The notes under the pieces are model-generated. The model was given only the letters and a program-made list of their open reading frames with translations, ran no database searches and was not told where the DNA came from. DNA of 64,000 nt, from positions 903 to 64,902 of the forward strand of contig NZ_JBDTKA010000111.1 of NCBI RefSeq assembly GCF_039935575.1, read 5' to 3'. The position numbers and the translations under genes were made by a program. Shown here piece after piece: positions 1 to 8,753 of this stretch. Source of the DNA: Lapillicoccus sp. GTDB taxonomy: Bacteria > Actinomycetota > Actinomycetes > Actinomycetales > Dermatophilaceae. Numbering within the stretch: the first letter of the stretch is position 1; every line of letters begins with the position of its first letter.

Positions 1-259
1 GATCAAGGTGGACCGACACCAGATCTCCAGAGGCGACCACGTGGTGGATGCGGATGTCCGGATTCCCGAGGTCGTGGTCGAGAACGAGCGCGATCTGCCG
101 CATTCCTGCCCGGCCCTGAGGCGCCGCAGCATGTTGAATGAAATCCTCGGCCACCAGGTCGAAGGCCGCTTCCTCCCGTCGATGAAGGCGGGCGAAATAC
201 TCCTCGACAACGGCCTGTGGGTTGCGGATCTCCGAAGCGGATTCGGTGCTCAGACTCAT
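1..259 (-). CDS. SnoaL-like / ester-cyclase (NTF2-fold) protein, partial (3' end outside window)
   Basis: Minus-strand frame running off the window edge (absent from the ORF track) reads MSLSTESASEIRNPQAVVEEYFARLHRREEAAFDLVAEDFIQHAAAPQGRAGMRQIALVLDHDLGNPDIRIHHVVASGDLVSVHLD. This pattern is typical of SnoaL-like ester cyclases. The ATG (cat on + strand) is at 257-259. Confidence 0.6.
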   Translation of the reverse strand, partial: MSLSTESASEIRNPQAVVEEYFARLHRREEAAFDLVAEDFIQHAAAPQGRAGMRQIALVLDHDLGNPDIRIHHVVASGDLVSVHLD

Positions 260-498
260 ACAGTCACCTTTTCCATGGATGGGCGAGCAAGAGGGACGCG
301 GTGTCCCCGTTCGGACGGGCCTCGAACGCTATCGGAGGCAATGGCCAGGTAACAGAAGTTCGTCATCTGCCGCTCAACCCGCCGACGTGCCCTGCCCGAC
401 ACGGTCAGTGCCACCCCCCCGTCGCATGGGCCGAGTCTGGAAAATGTTCAGTGCCAGCGCTCAGGTTCGGGGAACGACCGATCCCTAGTTTCGTTGGT

Positions 499-1476
499 AT
501 GACAACGAACCTGCAGCGCATCGCCTTCGTCAGCATGGGCCTGGTCGCCGCCGGATCGCTCACCGGGTGCGGCGGCGGATCCGGTGCGACGCCTGCGGGG
601 ACCTCCACCATCGCAGTCGGCGTGCCGTCCCCGGCCAGTCAGCAGATCCCGACCCCGATGCCTGGAGTCACCCCGTCGTCGTCCAGCACAGCAGCGGCGA
701 TCGCGCAGTCGGTCACTCTCGACGCGACCGGTTGGCTCGCCGGGTTCAAGGTGACGGTGAAGGTGGCGAGCCTCGACCCGAGGTCCAACCTCATCACCGT
801 CGGGGTCACGCTGACGAACACCTCTCAGGTCGACCAGCGGCTCGGCCAGGTCGACCAGGAGATCAGCATCGACCCAGGAGACGGGTCCGGGCTGGTCCCG
901 ATCCAGCTGGTGACCCCCAATGCTCAGGTCGTCGCCGGAACCACGGCCACCTCGACCCTTTCCTTCGCGGCCCCGTCCAGAGCCTCACTGGGCAACGCGG
1001 TCCTCGTGCTCGGTAAGTCGGCGAACCACCAGTGGCTCATCCCGCTCCGGGCGGGCGCGTCCGGGTCGGGCGAGAGCCCCGTCACGCTGACGCCGCCCGT
1101 TCGGCTGACGACTCCCGGTCACGCCTATTACGAGATCACCTCGGCTCAGCTGCTGCCGTGGTCGTGCTCGGGTGTCCCAACGTTGACGGCCTTCATCCCG
1201 TCGGCGAAGTCGACCTCGGTCATCGCCGTGAACGGGACGGCAGGCGCCGGGTCGGTGGTCGCGGGCGGCAACACCATCGAGCAGCTGAGCATCACCGCCC
1301 CCGACGGCACGACGGCAGCGGTCATCACCCCGCCCCTCAGGGTCTGGCACACCGACCAGTCCACCGCGAACGAGCTGATGTGCGTACCGGTGCCCACGGG
1401 CCTCCCGGGGCGCTACCGTCTCGAGATCACCGACGCCCTCCGCACCTCCGCCACGGCAATGATCACCGTCCCGTGA
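499..1476 (+). CDS. secreted lipoprotein, unknown function
   Basis: Internal ATG of ORF 217-1476, in frame. MTTNLQRIAFVSMGLVAAGSLTGC is a signal peptide plus lipobox (LTGC). The mature part is Ser/Thr/Pro/Ala-rich with no catalytic motif recognised. Confidence 0.6.
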   Translation: MTTNLQRIAFVSMGLVAAGSLTGCGGGSGATPAGTSTIAVGVPSPASQQIPTPMPGVTPSSSSTAAAIAQSVTLDATGWLAGFKVTVKVASLDPRSNLITVGVTLTNTSQVDQRLGQVDQEISIDPGDGSGLVPIQLVTPNAQVVAGTTATSTLSFAAPSRASLGNAVLVLGKSANHQWLIPLRAGASGSGESPVTLTPPVRLTTPGHAYYEITSAQLLPWSCSGVPTLTAFIPSAKSTSVIAVNGTAGAGSVVAGGNTIEQLSITAPDGTTAAVITPPLRVWHTDQSTANELMCVPVPTGLPGRYRLEITDALRTSATAMITVP

Positions 1477-1544
1477 CCACCCGCACCGCGCTTCCGGGAC
1501 GCACCAGCACACACGAGACGTCCGAAGCAGAAGGAGGTGCAGGT

Positions 1545-3335
1545 ATGCGTCGTCTTCTGGACACCCGCCGGAACCCCGCCCTGCTCCCCGCACTGGCGGT
1601 CGTCGCAGTCGCCCTGATCGTCACCGGAACCGTTCTCATCGAGCGAAACTGGATGCGCGGCGCCACCTGGGAGGGCTACGACGCAGCCCTCGTCATCGTG
1701 CGTATGGTCGGCGGGGCTCTCGGACTTGGTGTCGGCTGGTGGTGGTGGTGGCGCGCTCCGGCCAACCCGACCGGCCGCCTGCTCTACCTGGCGGCCGCGT
1801 CGGACTGGCTCTTCCTCATCGGCTACTGCTGGCCGGGATCGCGCTGGGCCAACGACCTCACGTGGGTCTCCTTCCTCACCGAGCCCCTCGTCGCCGTCAT
1901 CGTCCTCAGCTGGCCAACCGGGCGCCCGAGCCGACGCCTCGTGCGCATCGTGACCTGGTGGACCGTGGCCGGCGCCGTGCTCGTCCTCGTGGTGAAAGTC
2001 TTCAGCCGGCAACCGAACCCATCCGCGGACTGGCCAGGCCCGTTCGAGGCCCTCTTCGCCATCCCGACGGTGTGGCACGTCCTCGACCCCGTCCAGGCAC
2101 TGGCCACCCAGGCTCTTCCGGCCGCCATCGTCCTGGTCGTCCTGGTGCGCCGGCGCCGGGCCGTGCCTCCCGCCGTCCGGCCGCTGATCACGCCCATCAC
2201 GACGTCCGGCGTGCTCATCTGCGGTTCGCTGCTCATCGTGCACCTCGGCTTCCAGGTTTTCGGCGCCCTGCTCCGCTACGGTCCCGCCCTGACCGTGTGG
2301 CCGTTCCTCACACTCCTCGGCGGCTACTTCATGATCGGGTTCGTCGCGCTCGGGGTGCTGGTCGGGGCGCGTCGTCGACGCCGAGCCGTCTCCATGGGTC
2401 GTCAGCACCGCGAGGTGGATCTGCGGTCCGCACCGGCCGTCATCACTCCTTCCGCGGCTGCAGCGGCCATTACCGGCGATCCGACGGCGCTGGTCCGCTA
2501 CCGGCGCCCGGACGGCACCTGGATCGATGCGGCGGGCGTCACCTTGCCCGAGGCCGCCGCCAGCCGCCGACTCCTGCCCGTCCTGGACGAGACGGGTTCG
2601 ACGACGGCCGCGCTGGAGGTCGCCGCGTCAACACCGCTGTCGCCGTTACTCGCCGACCTGGCGGTCAGTCTCATCGCCGCGCGGTCAGCCAACGAGCGGG
2701 CCACCGCATTCGCGGACGCGCGGCGAGCCGAGGTACGGTCCCGTTCTCGTGAGCTGGTTGCGGCAACCGACAGCGGCCGACGCCAGCTGGAGCGCGACCT
2801 CCATGACGGGGCTCAGCAGCTGCTCGTCGGGCTCGCGCTGGTGGCGGGGCTGTCGGTCCGACGTCGTGCGCCCGGGGCGGACACACTCATCGATCAGATC
2901 GCTGGGGTGCGTCGCGAGATCCTCGCCCTCGTGGACCGGGCCACACCAGCGGCACTGGCGGACGGGCTCGCCGGCGCGCTGCACGCCCTCGCCGCGGTCT
3001 GCCCGATCCCCGTCCTCGTTGACGCCGATGGTGACCTGCCGGCCGATGACCCACTCGCGCTGACCCTCTACCTCGCCGCCGGCGAGGCGATCACGAACGC
3101 GGTCAAGCACTCCGGGGCGGGCTTGATCCGGGTACACCTGGGCATCTACGCGGGGGACGCAGACCTGCGCGTCAGCGATGACGGCATCGGTGATGTCGCC
3201 GACGTGCCTCCCAGCATCGCGAGCCGGTTGGCTGCCGTCGACGGCTCCGTCCGCGTAACGAGCCCACCCCTTGGCGGCACGGTGCTGGACATCCATATGC
3301 GTCGGTCGACCGATCCCGCGGCGGTCACGGCATGA
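1545..3335 (+). CDS. membrane sensor histidine kinase (HisKA_3 / HATPase_c, NarL-type)
   Basis: Internal ATG of ORF 1032-3335, preceded by gaaggagg. Polytopic hydrophobic N-terminal half. H-box LERDLHDGAQQLLVGL, N-box EAITNAVKHSGA, G-boxes DDGIG and GGT. Confidence 0.8.
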   Translation: MRRLLDTRRNPALLPALAVVAVALIVTGTVLIERNWMRGATWEGYDAALVIVRMVGGALGLGVGWWWWWRAPANPTGRLLYLAAASDWLFLIGYCWPGSRWANDLTWVSFLTEPLVAVIVLSWPTGRPSRRLVRIVTWWTVAGAVLVLVVKVFSRQPNPSADWPGPFEALFAIPTVWHVLDPVQALATQALPAAIVLVVLVRRRRAVPPAVRPLITPITTSGVLICGSLLIVHLGFQVFGALLRYGPALTVWPFLTLLGGYFMIGFVALGVLVGARRRRRAVSMGRQHREVDLRSAPAVITPSAAAAAITGDPTALVRYRRPDGTWIDAAGVTLPEAAASRRLLPVLDETGSTTAALEVAASTPLSPLLADLAVSLIAARSANERATAFADARRAEVRSRSRELVAATDSGRRQLERDLHDGAQQLLVGLALVAGLSVRRRAPGADTLIDQIAGVRREILALVDRATPAALADGLAGALHALAAVCPIPVLVDADGDLPADDPLALTLYLAAGEAITNAVKHSGAGLIRVHLGIYAGDADLRVSDDGIGDVADVPPSIASRLAAVDGSVRVTSPPLGGTVLDIHMRRSTDPAAVTA

Positions 3336-4963
3336 TTCGCCGACGCCTCGAAGTAGCAGCGCTGTGGGTCGGCGCCGTCATGGCCGTCAGTGCAGGCTGG
3401 TCCGGGATCGTCACGCGCGTCGGCATCGACCGGATCGACGGTGGGCAAGCGGTCTTCCTATCCCTGTGCGCTCTCGCCGCCCCCGCGCTGGCCACGGCCC
3501 TGGTGGTCCGGCATCCCGATGAGCCCATCGGTCTGCTGCTCGGCCTCACCGTACTCGCCACGATGCTCGCCGCCTGCCGCACCACGGACCTCGGGCCGGT
3601 GGCACCGATCGCCGGCTGCACCGCTCTTCTGACGGCGCCACTGCCAGCGGTCGTCGTATCCCGCTACTCCGCACTGACCTTCCCCCCGCGCGCCGTGCGC
3701 CTCGTGTCCCGCTGCTTCTGGGCATCGGCATCGCTCGGGGTCGTGCTGGTCCTCGTACTGGTCCTCGGAGGGTCCGTCCCGACCGCGCAGTGGTTCACGA
3801 CGTCGCCCGGCCCCGTTGGAGGTCCGACGACGGTCCTGCTCGTCGTTCAAGCAGCACTGGTGTGCACGGGACCGCTCGTGCTCGCCGGCACCTCCGTGAT
3901 CCGCCGGATGCCACGAGCCTCGAGAGTCGCGGCGCGCCCCATCATGTGGCCCGTCGCCTGTTGGGCACTCACCCTCACCGCCAGCGAGGTCTGGGGGGTC
4001 GCCAGCACCGTGGGTTCACCGACACGCGACCTGTCCGACGGCCTCGACGCAACGCTCTTCGTCATCCTGCCCGCCTTCCTGGTCGGGGCTCTCGCCGCTG
4101 GCATCGGCTGGATCGACCTGACCGTTCGCATACCGACGTCACCGTCCGGCACTCCCGCCCCCCGCACGACGACCATCGACGTTGAGCAGTACCTCTCACG
4201 GGCGCTCGCCGACCCGTCGATCCGGGTCCGCTATCCGGTCGACGGCGCGCAGAGCTGGGTGAGCGCCGCCGGTAGACGGGCCTCTCGCGAGACCGGAATC
4301 GTCGACCGCGCCACCACGGTCATCGTCCGCGGATCGCGAGTCATCGGACTCATCGACCAGGACGCAGCCAGCACCGCTCACCCCGACGCCGTCGAGCTCA
4401 TTGCGACCGGCGCGGGGCTCATCATGGAGACCGAGCGCCTGCGGGCATCCGCCGCCAGCGACCTCGAACAGGCCCGGATACTGGCGGAGCGGCTGCTCGT
4501 CGCCTCGGACGAACCGCGATCGGACCTGCGCACGACGCTCGTGAACGGCCCGTTGGCCGAGCTCGACTCGATCGCACATGCCCTGGCGCGTGGTACGCCC
4601 GTTGCGGACGTCGTGGCGCGGCTCACCGCTGTCGCCGCCGAGGTGAGAGCCCTCTCGCACGGGGTTCTTTCCGCGTCCCTGGCGACCGGTGGGCTGCGCG
4701 CTTCGCTGGGCGGCCACCTGGTGCCGGATCGTCGCTACGCTCCGGTCATCGAGATGACGACCTATCTGGCAGCGCAGGCTGACCCGGCCTCGACGGTCGA
4801 GGAGACGATGGGTGACGATGGACCGTGTCTGGTGATCTCCACCGGCCCCGCGCCCGCTGCTGACGTGCGTGACCGCGTGACGGCCCTCGGTGGCACGGTG
4901 TCAAGCCAGGACGGTCGCTGGATCATCCGCGTCCCCCTCGGAGCCGGGCCGGACCACCCATGA
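3332..4963 (+). CDS. membrane histidine-kinase-like paralogue with degenerate catalytic motifs (probable pseudokinase)
   Basis: ATGA overlap with the upstream kinase stop. Polytopic N-terminus. The C-terminus resembles the dimerisation/ATPase region, but the H-box position reads SDLRTTLVNGPLAEL (no His) and no E..TNA.KH N-box is visible. Confidence 0.6.
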   Translation: MIRRRLEVAALWVGAVMAVSAGWSGIVTRVGIDRIDGGQAVFLSLCALAAPALATALVVRHPDEPIGLLLGLTVLATMLAACRTTDLGPVAPIAGCTALLTAPLPAVVVSRYSALTFPPRAVRLVSRCFWASASLGVVLVLVLVLGGSVPTAQWFTTSPGPVGGPTTVLLVVQAALVCTGPLVLAGTSVIRRMPRASRVAARPIMWPVACWALTLTASEVWGVASTVGSPTRDLSDGLDATLFVILPAFLVGALAAGIGWIDLTVRIPTSPSGTPAPRTTTIDVEQYLSRALADPSIRVRYPVDGAQSWVSAAGRRASRETGIVDRATTVIVRGSRVIGLIDQDAASTAHPDAVELIATGAGLIMETERLRASAASDLEQARILAERLLVASDEPRSDLRTTLVNGPLAELDSIAHALARGTPVADVVARLTAVAAEVRALSHGVLSASLATGGLRASLGGHLVPDRRYAPVIEMTTYLAAQADPASTVEETMGDDGPCLVISTGPAPAADVRDRVTALGGTVSSQDGRWIIRVPLGAGPDHP

Positions 4964-6042
4964 CGACGACGACCCTGCTGGCCTGGCCACGCGTCGCTCC
5001 CGGGCCGACACCGGCTGTACGCGCGCGGGTCGAGGAGCACGGCGGTCGGTTCCCGCACCGGGCCGGGCTGGCCCTGTTCACCGGGACGGCGGACGCCGTG
5101 GCGACGGCCATCGACTGGCAGCAGGCCGAGCAGGACCAGCCCGCGACATCGCTCGCGCTCCACGTGGCCGAGGTGACCTACCGGGCCGATGCCCCAGAAC
5201 CCGCGTGTGTCGGGCTGGTTCGCGCGCTCGCCGAGCGCGGGCACCCGGGGGACATCCTGGCCACCGAGGTCGTCCGGATGCTCCTGCCAGCGCCGACCCC
5301 TGCCCACTGGTCGGACGATCTGGCCACGTCGATCGGGGAGCCCGCTCAGCTGGTCCATGCCATCAGGTGGCCGCGGAACGCCGATGCCGCGCCCATCACG
5401 GTCGTCGTCGCGGAAGACGTGGCGCTCATCCGTGCCGGACTGGTCAGCCTGCTGCGCGACGACGGATTCAGCGTCGTCGGTGAGGCCGGTGACTACGACT
5501 CGGTGCTGGCCACCGTGCGGGCCACGCGCCCGCGCCTGCTCATCACCGACGTCCGGATGCCACCCGAGCAGGGCGACGAGGGACTGCGCGCGGCGTCGTT
5601 GCTGCGGACCGAGCAACCAGGGCTGGCCGTGCTCGTGCTCAGTCAGTCGGTGCGGGCCAGCGCCGCCGCCAACCTGCTGACCGAACAGACCTCGGGCCTG
5701 GGGTACCTGCTCAAGGAGAGGGTCACAGCACTGGACGAGTTCCTCGACGCCGCCCGGGCGGTGGCCGCCGGTGGGACGGTCATCGACCCGCTCATTACCG
5801 ACGAGCTCCTGGCCCGCCACCGCAACTGCGACCAGCTCGCTGCCCTCGCCGACCGGGAACGGTCCGTCCTGGAGCTCATGGCACAGGGGCTGTCCAACAG
5901 CGCGATCGCCGACCGGCTCACCCTGTCGGCGCGCACGGTGGAGTCCCACGTTCGCTCCATCATGACCAAGCTCGACCTCTGGGAGGACCCGGCCGGCAAT
6001 CGCCGCGTCCAGGCGGTCATCCGGTGGCTTGACCAGTCCTGA
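4960..6042 (+). CDS. LuxR/NarL-family response regulator with ~130-aa N-terminal extension
   Basis: ATGA overlap with the upstream gene. REC domain (ITVVVAEDVALIRAGL...LLITDVRMPP...VLVLSQS) and LuxR HTH (LSNSAIADRLTLSARTVESHVRSIMTKL). An extra N-terminal region precedes the REC domain. Confidence 0.85.
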   Translation: MTTTTLLAWPRVAPGPTPAVRARVEEHGGRFPHRAGLALFTGTADAVATAIDWQQAEQDQPATSLALHVAEVTYRADAPEPACVGLVRALAERGHPGDILATEVVRMLLPAPTPAHWSDDLATSIGEPAQLVHAIRWPRNADAAPITVVVAEDVALIRAGLVSLLRDDGFSVVGEAGDYDSVLATVRATRPRLLITDVRMPPEQGDEGLRAASLLRTEQPGLAVLVLSQSVRASAAANLLTEQTSGLGYLLKERVTALDEFLDAARAVAAGGTVIDPLITDELLARHRNCDQLAALADRERSVLELMAQGLSNSAIADRLTLSARTVESHVRSIMTKLDLWEDPAGNRRVQAVIRWLDQS

Positions 6043-6180
6043 GCCGCATCTCACGCTCCCAAGTGCGTGTGAACGTTCCGCCTCAATGTCTAACGGGTTC
6101 ACAGTGGTGTAGCACCCAGTGCTGACGACTTCCACGGTCAGCGCGCACCATCACCGAGACGGCGCCCGGGACACCGAAAA

Positions 6181-6203
6181 GCCCGGTCCCACCGGGACCG
6201 GGC
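6181..6203. terminator. GC-rich hairpin (10-bp stem, 3-nt loop) with A4 upstream / T4 downstream on the minus strand
   Basis: gcccggtccc-acc-gggaccgggc, with aaaa at 6177-6180. It lies 139 nt after the LuxR regulator stop. On the minus strand it has the classic hairpin plus T-run form. Confidence 0.35.
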
Positions 6204-6407
6204 GTGGTGGCGGTTCACGTACCACAACGGGCCAACCGCCAAAGTTTTCGGGTGAAGCACTCCAGTTCGCGTCTTCAGTTCAAAGGAGCAACTTCAGTCT
6301 GAGGTGATACGTCGCCGCAGCGCGCGAGGATTGGCGCAACACGCCGCAGATATTGCGAAATTGTGACAACGCCGTGACTTCGGGGCGTCAGGCGTGGACC
6401 TTCTAGC

Positions 6408-7433
6408 ATGGGCGACGTGACCGACACCGCCATCTCCATCGCTCTCCGCGGCCGGTCGTTCCTAAGGGAGCTGGACTTCACCCCACCGGAATGGGCCCAC
6501 CTGGTCGACCTGACCCTGGACCTCAAGGCAGCCAAGCGGGAGCGCCGCGAGGAGCAGCGGCTGGTGGGCAGGTCGATCGTGCTGATCTTCGAGAAGACGT
6601 CGACCCGGACCCGATGCGCCTTCGAGGTGGCCGCCTACGACCAGGGTGCCCACGTCACGGTCCTCGACCCGTCGGGTAGCCAGATGGGGCACAAGGAGTC
6701 GATCGCCGACACGGCGCGCGTCCTCGGCCGGTTCTATGACGGCATCGAGTACCGCGGGGCCGACCAGTCGACGGTGGACACCCTCGCCGCGTATGCCGGG
6801 GTGCCGGTCTGGAACGGTCTCACCGACGACTGGCACCCGACCCAGGCGCTCTGCGACGCCGCGACGATGGTCGAGCACTGCGGGAAACTCGCACCGGAGA
6901 TCTCCTTCGCCTACGTGGGGGACGCCCGGTTCAACGTGGGCAACTCGCTGCTCGCGCTCGGAGCGCTGATGGGCATGGACGTGCGGATCGTCGCCCCGGC
7001 GGCGCTGCAGCCGCGACCGGAGGTGGTCGCCGAGGCGCGCGCCGTCGCGGCCACGACCGGGGCCCGGGTGAGCGTCACCGACGATATCGACTCCGGTGTG
7101 CAGGGGGTCGACTTCGTCCACACCGACGTCTGGGTCTCGATGGGGGAGCCCAAGCAGGTTTGGGCCGAACGCATCACCCAGCTGTCGGCATACCAGGTCA
7201 ACGCGGAGCTGTTGCGCCGCACGGGAAACCCGGATGTGCGGTTCATGCACTGCCTGCCTGCCTACCACGACCTCGGCACCCAAATCGGCCGCGACGTGTA
7301 TGCGGCGCACGGGCTCACGGCGCTGGAGGTGACCGACGAGGCCTTCGAGGGCCCAGCATCGATCGTCTTCGACCAGGCCGAGAACCGGCTGCACAGCATC
7401 AAGGCGGTCCTCGTGGCGACCCTCGCCGACTGA
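6408..7433 (+). CDS. argF: ornithine carbamoyltransferase
   Basis: [13 protein letters not shown] (STRTR carbamoyl-phosphate motif), HPTQ and HCLPA motifs. 341 aa, typical OTC length. Confidence 0.9.
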   Translation: MGDVTDTAISIALRGRSFLRELDFTPPEWAHLVDLTLDLKAAKRERREEQRLVGRSIVLIFEKTSTRTRCAFEVAAYDQGAHVTVLDPSGSQMGHKESIADTARVLGRFYDGIEYRGADQSTVDTLAAYAGVPVWNGLTDDWHPTQALCDAATMVEHCGKLAPEISFAYVGDARFNVGNSLLALGALMGMDVRIVAPAALQPRPEVVAEARAVAATTGARVSVTDDIDSGVQGVDFVHTDVWVSMGEPKQVWAERITQLSAYQVNAELLRRTGNPDVRFMHCLPAYHDLGTQIGRDVYAAHGLTALEVTDEAFEGPASIVFDQAENRLHSIKAVLVATLAD

Positions 7434-7486
7434 CCCGTCGCAACGCCCACATGTGAGGTTGTCGAGGCCCGCGGAACGGGCGTACC

Positions 7487-8215
7487 TCAGAGCTGGGTGC
7501 CTACCAGTGCGCCGATGGCGTAGGTCACGACCATGGCGAGCATCCCGCCGGCGACGTTGCGCGCCACCTGTCGTCCGGGTGTCGTCCCTCCGAGCCGAGC
7601 GCTGAGCAGGCCGGTGAGCGTCAGCGCGATGACCACGAAGAGGACGATCACCGGCACATGCCAGCTCGGCGAGCTGATCAGGGCGGCGACAAGCGGTAAG
7701 AGCGCGCCGACGAAGAAGGACCCCGTCGAGGCGAAGGCCGCATGCCACGGGCTGGTCAGGTTGTCGGGGTCGATCTGCAGCTCGATCTCGGCGTGTGCGG
7801 CGAGCGCGTCCTTGGCGCTCAGCTGCACCGCCACCTCGTGGGCCAGCTCCGGGTCGAGACCTCTGTTGCGGTAGAACCCGGCGAGCTCGGCCAGCTCGAG
7901 CTCCGGTGTCTCGGCGAGCTCCCGGCGCTCCTTGTCGAGCAGCGCCTTCTCGGTGTCGCGCTGGGTGCTCACGGAGACGTACTCGCCGACTCCCATGCTC
8001 AGGGCGCCGGCGACGAGGGCGGCGATGCCCGCTGTCAAGATGGCCCCAGGGGCGGTGGTCGCGCCGGCCACGCCCACGATCACGCCCGCTGTGGAGACGA
8101 CGCCGTCGTTCGCGCCGAGCACACCGGCACGAAGCCAGTTCAGCCGAGCGCCCGAGTCGCCATGGGGCTCGTGCTGCGCCGCGATCTCCGCGAGGTCGGG
8201 GGTGTCGCCGTCCAT
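7487..8215 (-). CDS. VIT1/CCC1-family membrane protein (iron/manganese transporter-like)
   Basis: Internal ATG (MDGDTPDL) of ORF 7487-8431. NWLRAGVLGANDGVVSTAGVIVGVAGA motif and hydrophobic C-terminal helices. Confidence 0.8.
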   Translation of the reverse strand: MDGDTPDLAEIAAQHEPHGDSGARLNWLRAGVLGANDGVVSTAGVIVGVAGATTAPGAILTAGIAALVAGALSMGVGEYVSVSTQRDTEKALLDKERRELAETPELELAELAGFYRNRGLDPELAHEVAVQLSAKDALAAHAEIELQIDPDNLTSPWHAAFASTGSFFVGALLPLVAALISSPSWHVPVIVLFVVIALTLTGLLSARLGGTTPGRQVARNVAGGMLAMVVTYAIGALVGTQL

Positions 8216-8279
8216 GACCTCACTGTGGCGGTCCGACGGGGGATTGTCATCGAAGGACAGGCTCACCAAACCGCATACG

Positions 8280-8741
8280 GTGCAAGGCGTGCCTTTCGAA
8301 CCCGAGCCGCGGCCGGTACGCGTGGTGGCGGCGGCGATCGTCGACGACCTTGCGCACCCGATCCGGCTGCTCGCCGCGAGGCGCACCGAACCGCCGACGC
8401 TCGCGGGCGGGTGGGAGTTCCCCGGCGGCAAGGTCGACCCGGGCGAGACCCGCGTGGACGCACTGCACCGCGAGATCCACGAGGAGCTCGGGGTGACGGT
8501 GGTGCTCGGCGACCCGATCCCGGCCGAGAGCGACGACGGGAGCTGGCCGCTCGGCGACCGCTACCGCATGGACATCTGGTTCGCCGTGGTGACGGAGGGC
8601 ACACCACGGCCCCTCGAGGACCACGACGAGCTGCGTTGGCTGCAGGCCGGCGACCTGTATGCCGTCGGCTGGCTCGCCGCGGACCTGCCGATCGTGCGTC
8701 TGCTGGAGCGCCGGATGGTCGGGGACCGCCCGAAACCCTGA
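8280..8741 (+). CDS. NUDIX hydrolase (MutT-like)
   Basis: C-terminal part of ORF 7932-8741. Nudix box GGWEFPGGKVDPGETRVDALHREIHEELGV. The in-frame GTG 8280 is chosen as start; the exact start is uncertain. Confidence 0.7.
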   Translation: MQGVPFEPEPRPVRVVAAAIVDDLAHPIRLLAARRTEPPTLAGGWEFPGGKVDPGETRVDALHREIHEELGVTVVLGDPIPAESDDGSWPLGDRYRMDIWFAVVTEGTPRPLEDHDELRWLQAGDLYAVGWLAADLPIVRLLERRMVGDRPKP

Positions 8742-8753
8742 GAGAATTAGGGC

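Noticed and set aside
8-352. 114-aa + strand ORF at the left edge.
   Set aside because: The opposite strand encodes a convincing SnoaL-like N-terminus with a proper ATG at 259. The + ORF has no motif and an Arg-rich composition.
6205-6240. Minus-strand ggcggtt-N18-aaccgcc-ACCA, which looks like an acceptor stem with a CCA tail (tRNA or tmRNA fragment).
   Set aside because: It is far too short for a tRNA and has no T-loop or anticodon structure. It is kept only as part of the possible small-RNA/terminator observation.
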